Assembly: GCA_902566675.1 (NCBI GenBank)
Contig: CACFJO010000001.1
Location: 6,394 to 70,393, forward strand
Length of the DNA stretch: 64,000 bases
Direction of reading: 5' to 3'
Origin: an uncultured Pelagibacteraceae bacterium
GTDB taxonomy: Bacteria; Pseudomonadota; Alphaproteobacteria; Pelagibacterales; Pelagibacteraceae
The translations under genes and the position numbers were made by a program. Below the pieces are notes generated by a model. It was not told the origin of the DNA, did not search any database, and saw only the letters and a list, made by a program, of their open reading frames with translations. Positions 61,658-64,000 of the stretch are shown piece after piece (position 1 is the first letter of the stretch; the number at the start of each line of letters is the position of its first letter).

Positions 61658-63445
61658 ATGAAATATCCTAAAGAATATATCAATGAAATTAAATTAAGAT
61701 TGAAGGTATCTCAAGTAGTTGGAAAATCTGTTCAACTAAAAAAAAGGGGTAAAGAATTTATAGGGTTATCACCTTTTAAAAATGAAAAGACACCATCTTT
61801 TACTATTAATGATGAAAAAGAATTTTATCATTGTTTTAGCACAGGAGAGCATGGGAACATATTTGATTTTTTAATGAAAACTAAATCTATAGGTTTTGGT
61901 GAGGCTGTAAGAATTTTAGCAGCGGAGGCAGGAATGCAGCCCTATAGATTTTCAAATTTTGACGAAAAAAAAGACTTAAGATTTAAAACATACAAACATA
62001 TCTTTGAGGATTACAAAAATTACTTTAATCAAAAACTTTTTGAGAAACAAAACCAAGATGCATTAGACTATCTTTTAAAAAGAGGTCTAACAAAAACTAC
62101 TATTGATGAATTTAAACTTGGTTTTGTCCCGTGGAAAAATAATTTTTTTGAAGAACTTAAAAAAAAATATTCTGAGGAAGAAATTAGTTTAACAAGTCTA
62201 TATTTCAAAAATGATAAGACAGGAAAATATATTGATAGATTTAATTCTAGGATAATTTTCCCAGTTAATAATATTTCTGGTGATACTATTGCATTTGGAG
62301 GAAGAATTATAAGAGAGAGTAAATTGGCTAAATATATTAATTCACCTGAAACAGAATTTTATAAAAAAGGTAATTTAATTTTTAATTTAGACAGAGCAAA
62401 AGACTTAAGATCTGAAACCGAAGACGTCTTAATTGTAGAAGGCTACATGGATGTTGTAAGTGTATACGCTTCAGGAGTAAAAAATGTTATTTCTACATCT
62501 GGTACAGCATTAACTGAAAGACAAATTAGTCTTATTTGGAAATTTTTTAATAACCCAATAATTTGTTTAGATGGAGATGAAAGTGGGCAAAAAGCTGCTT
62601 CTAGAATAGCCGAAAGACTTTTTCCACTTATAAATGATAATAATAGAATTTATTTTTCTATTATGCCTGAAGGAAAAGATCCCGACGATTATATTAAGGA
62701 GTATGGTAAAACTGGTTTATTAGGTTTGTTAAAGAATAAAGAAATTATTCAGTCATACATTTGGAATTACCAACTTGATAAAATAAACAAAAACAATCCT
62801 TATGAAATTTCAAAATTTGAAAAAGAAATTAAAAAATTAGCTTATTCAATTCAAGACGAAACCTTAAAAAAATATGTTCTTGAAGATTTTCTTGAAAAAA
62901 TAAAAATGCTAACACCTATTCAAACATTAAGACCGAACAATAATTATTTTTGGTCCAAAAATAAAAGAAATTATAAAATCCTAAAAGAAACAAAAATTTT
63001 ACATCAGAAAAGAAAAGATCTTTCAAAAACACAGATATTAGAGTCTTCAATTTTATTTATAATTTTAAATTACACTAAAATTGCCTCAAAAAAATTAGAA
63101 GAATTGTCAGATATTGAATTTGTGTCACAAAAAAATGAGTTACTTAAGAAAAAAATTATTAATTTGCTTTCTGAGGGCAACTCAAAGACCGAACTTCAAT
63201 TAAAAGTAAAGGGTGAACATGAAACAACTATTAACGAAATTTTAGATAATTCGAATATTAAATTAATCATAAAAAATAAAAACGACCAAGAGATTTTAGA
63301 TTTAATTGATGATTTTATTTTAGACTTTAAAGAGCAAAATAATTTAAGAAAAATAGAATCTCTTGAAAAAAAATTGATTAATAACCTAGATGAAAACTCT
63401 TATTCTGAGCTGGTAAAGCTTAAAAACCAACTAAATAGGGATTAA
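61658..63445 (+). CDS. dnaG: DNA primase
   Basis: EKTPSF, DRF..RIIFP, FGGR, KYINSPET, VEGYMDV, DGD..G..A, KDPD TOPRIM; upstream of rpoD. Confidence 0.96.
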   Translation: MKYPKEYINEIKLRLKVSQVVGKSVQLKKRGKEFIGLSPFKNEKTPSFTINDEKEFYHCFSTGEHGNIFDFLMKTKSIGFGEAVRILAAEAGMQPYRFSNFDEKKDLRFKTYKHIFEDYKNYFNQKLFEKQNQDALDYLLKRGLTKTTIDEFKLGFVPWKNNFFEELKKKYSEEEISLTSLYFKNDKTGKYIDRFNSRIIFPVNNISGDTIAFGGRIIRESKLAKYINSPETEFYKKGNLIFNLDRAKDLRSETEDVLIVEGYMDVVSVYASGVKNVISTSGTALTERQISLIWKFFNNPIICLDGDESGQKAASRIAERLFPLINDNNRIYFSIMPEGKDPDDYIKEYGKTGLLGLLKNKEIIQSYIWNYQLDKINKNNPYEISKFEKEIKKLAYSIQDETLKKYVLEDFLEKIKMLTPIQTLRPNNNYFWSKNKRNYKILKETKILHQKRKDLSKTQILESSILFIILNYTKIASKKLEELSDIEFVSQKNELLKKKIINLLSEGNSKTELQLKVKGEHETTINEILDNSNIKLIIKNKNDQEILDLIDDFILDFKEQNNLRKIESLEKKLINNLDENSYSELVKLKNQLNRD

Positions 63446-63497
63446 TTAAAGTATAGATTTTTTTATCTCAGCGATTATATATATCAAGCGCTCAATT

Positions 63498-64000
63498 ATG
63501 CCTGAAAAACTTATTACAAAATCATTCGAAAGATTATTAGATAAAGGAAAACATAGAGGCTTTATCACCTATGAAGAATTAGGAAAATCTTTAGGCAAAA
63601 GAAATAGTAACAATGAAAATTTAGAAAAAGCTTTTATAATAATTGTAGATGAGAAAATCACGCTAGTAGAAAAAAAATCTCAATTCCAATCTAATAAGAA
63701 AAAAGAAGCAGTTACAGCGAGTGAAGAAAAAACATCTGATAAAAGTGATGATCCTATCAGAATGTATTTAAGAGAAATGGGTGGAGTAGAACTCTTATCA
63801 AGAGAGGGTGAAATAGCAATCGCAAAAAGGATTGAGGCAGGGAAAGATGTAATGATAAATGCACTTACTCAAAGCCCTATTGTCGGAAAAAAAATATTTG
63901 AATGGAAAGAACAAATTGAAACCCAAAAACTTTTGGTAAGAGATATAATCGATATTGACTCTACTTATGAAGATTTTGAATCTTCAGAAGATGATGGAGA
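63498..64000 (+). CDS. rpoD: RNA polymerase sigma factor RpoD (N-terminal part; runs off the window)
   Basis: Manual translation MPEKLITKSFERLLDKGKHRGFITYEEL...DDPIRMYLREMGGVELLSREGEIAIAKRIEAG (regions 1.1 and 1.2); follows dnaG. Confidence 0.95.
   Translation, partial: MPEKLITKSFERLLDKGKHRGFITYEELGKSLGKRNSNNENLEKAFIIIVDEKITLVEKKSQFQSNKKKEAVTASEEKTSDKSDDPIRMYLREMGGVELLSREGEIAIAKRIEAGKDVMINALTQSPIVGKKIFEWKEQIETQKLLVRDIIDIDSTYEDFESSEDDG

Overview
Very AT-rich, extremely compact alphaproteobacterial core-genome window. Gene content, gene order and near-zero intergenic spacing are typical of SAR11/Pelagibacterales (inferred, not database-checked). It carries about 66 genes and one tRNA-Gln(TTG). 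These include the aa3 cytochrome c oxidase operon, with an unannotated 37-aa CoxF-like ORF; thrC/thrB; the retinal cassette crtI-crtB-crtY-blh placed between the F0 ATP synthase genes and ispH; dciA-dsbA-smc; mutY; ccrM; petABC; prs-rplY-pth-ychF; a MarR/OmpR/EnvZ cluster; uvrB/uvrC; carAB; and yqeY-dnaG-rpoD (partial). No mobile element, prophage, CRISPR array or defence island is visible. The most striking observation is an 814-aa SMC with complete ATPase heads but apparently no hinge domain or zinc hook. Other signals: a roughly 12.5-kb gap-free transcription unit linking ATP synthase, retinal and isoprenoid genes; head-to-head genes sharing one palindromic ATGCAT start; a GANTC-containing inverted repeat upstream of ccrM; lost metal ligands in DnaG and family-4 UDG; and probable leaderless promoters.
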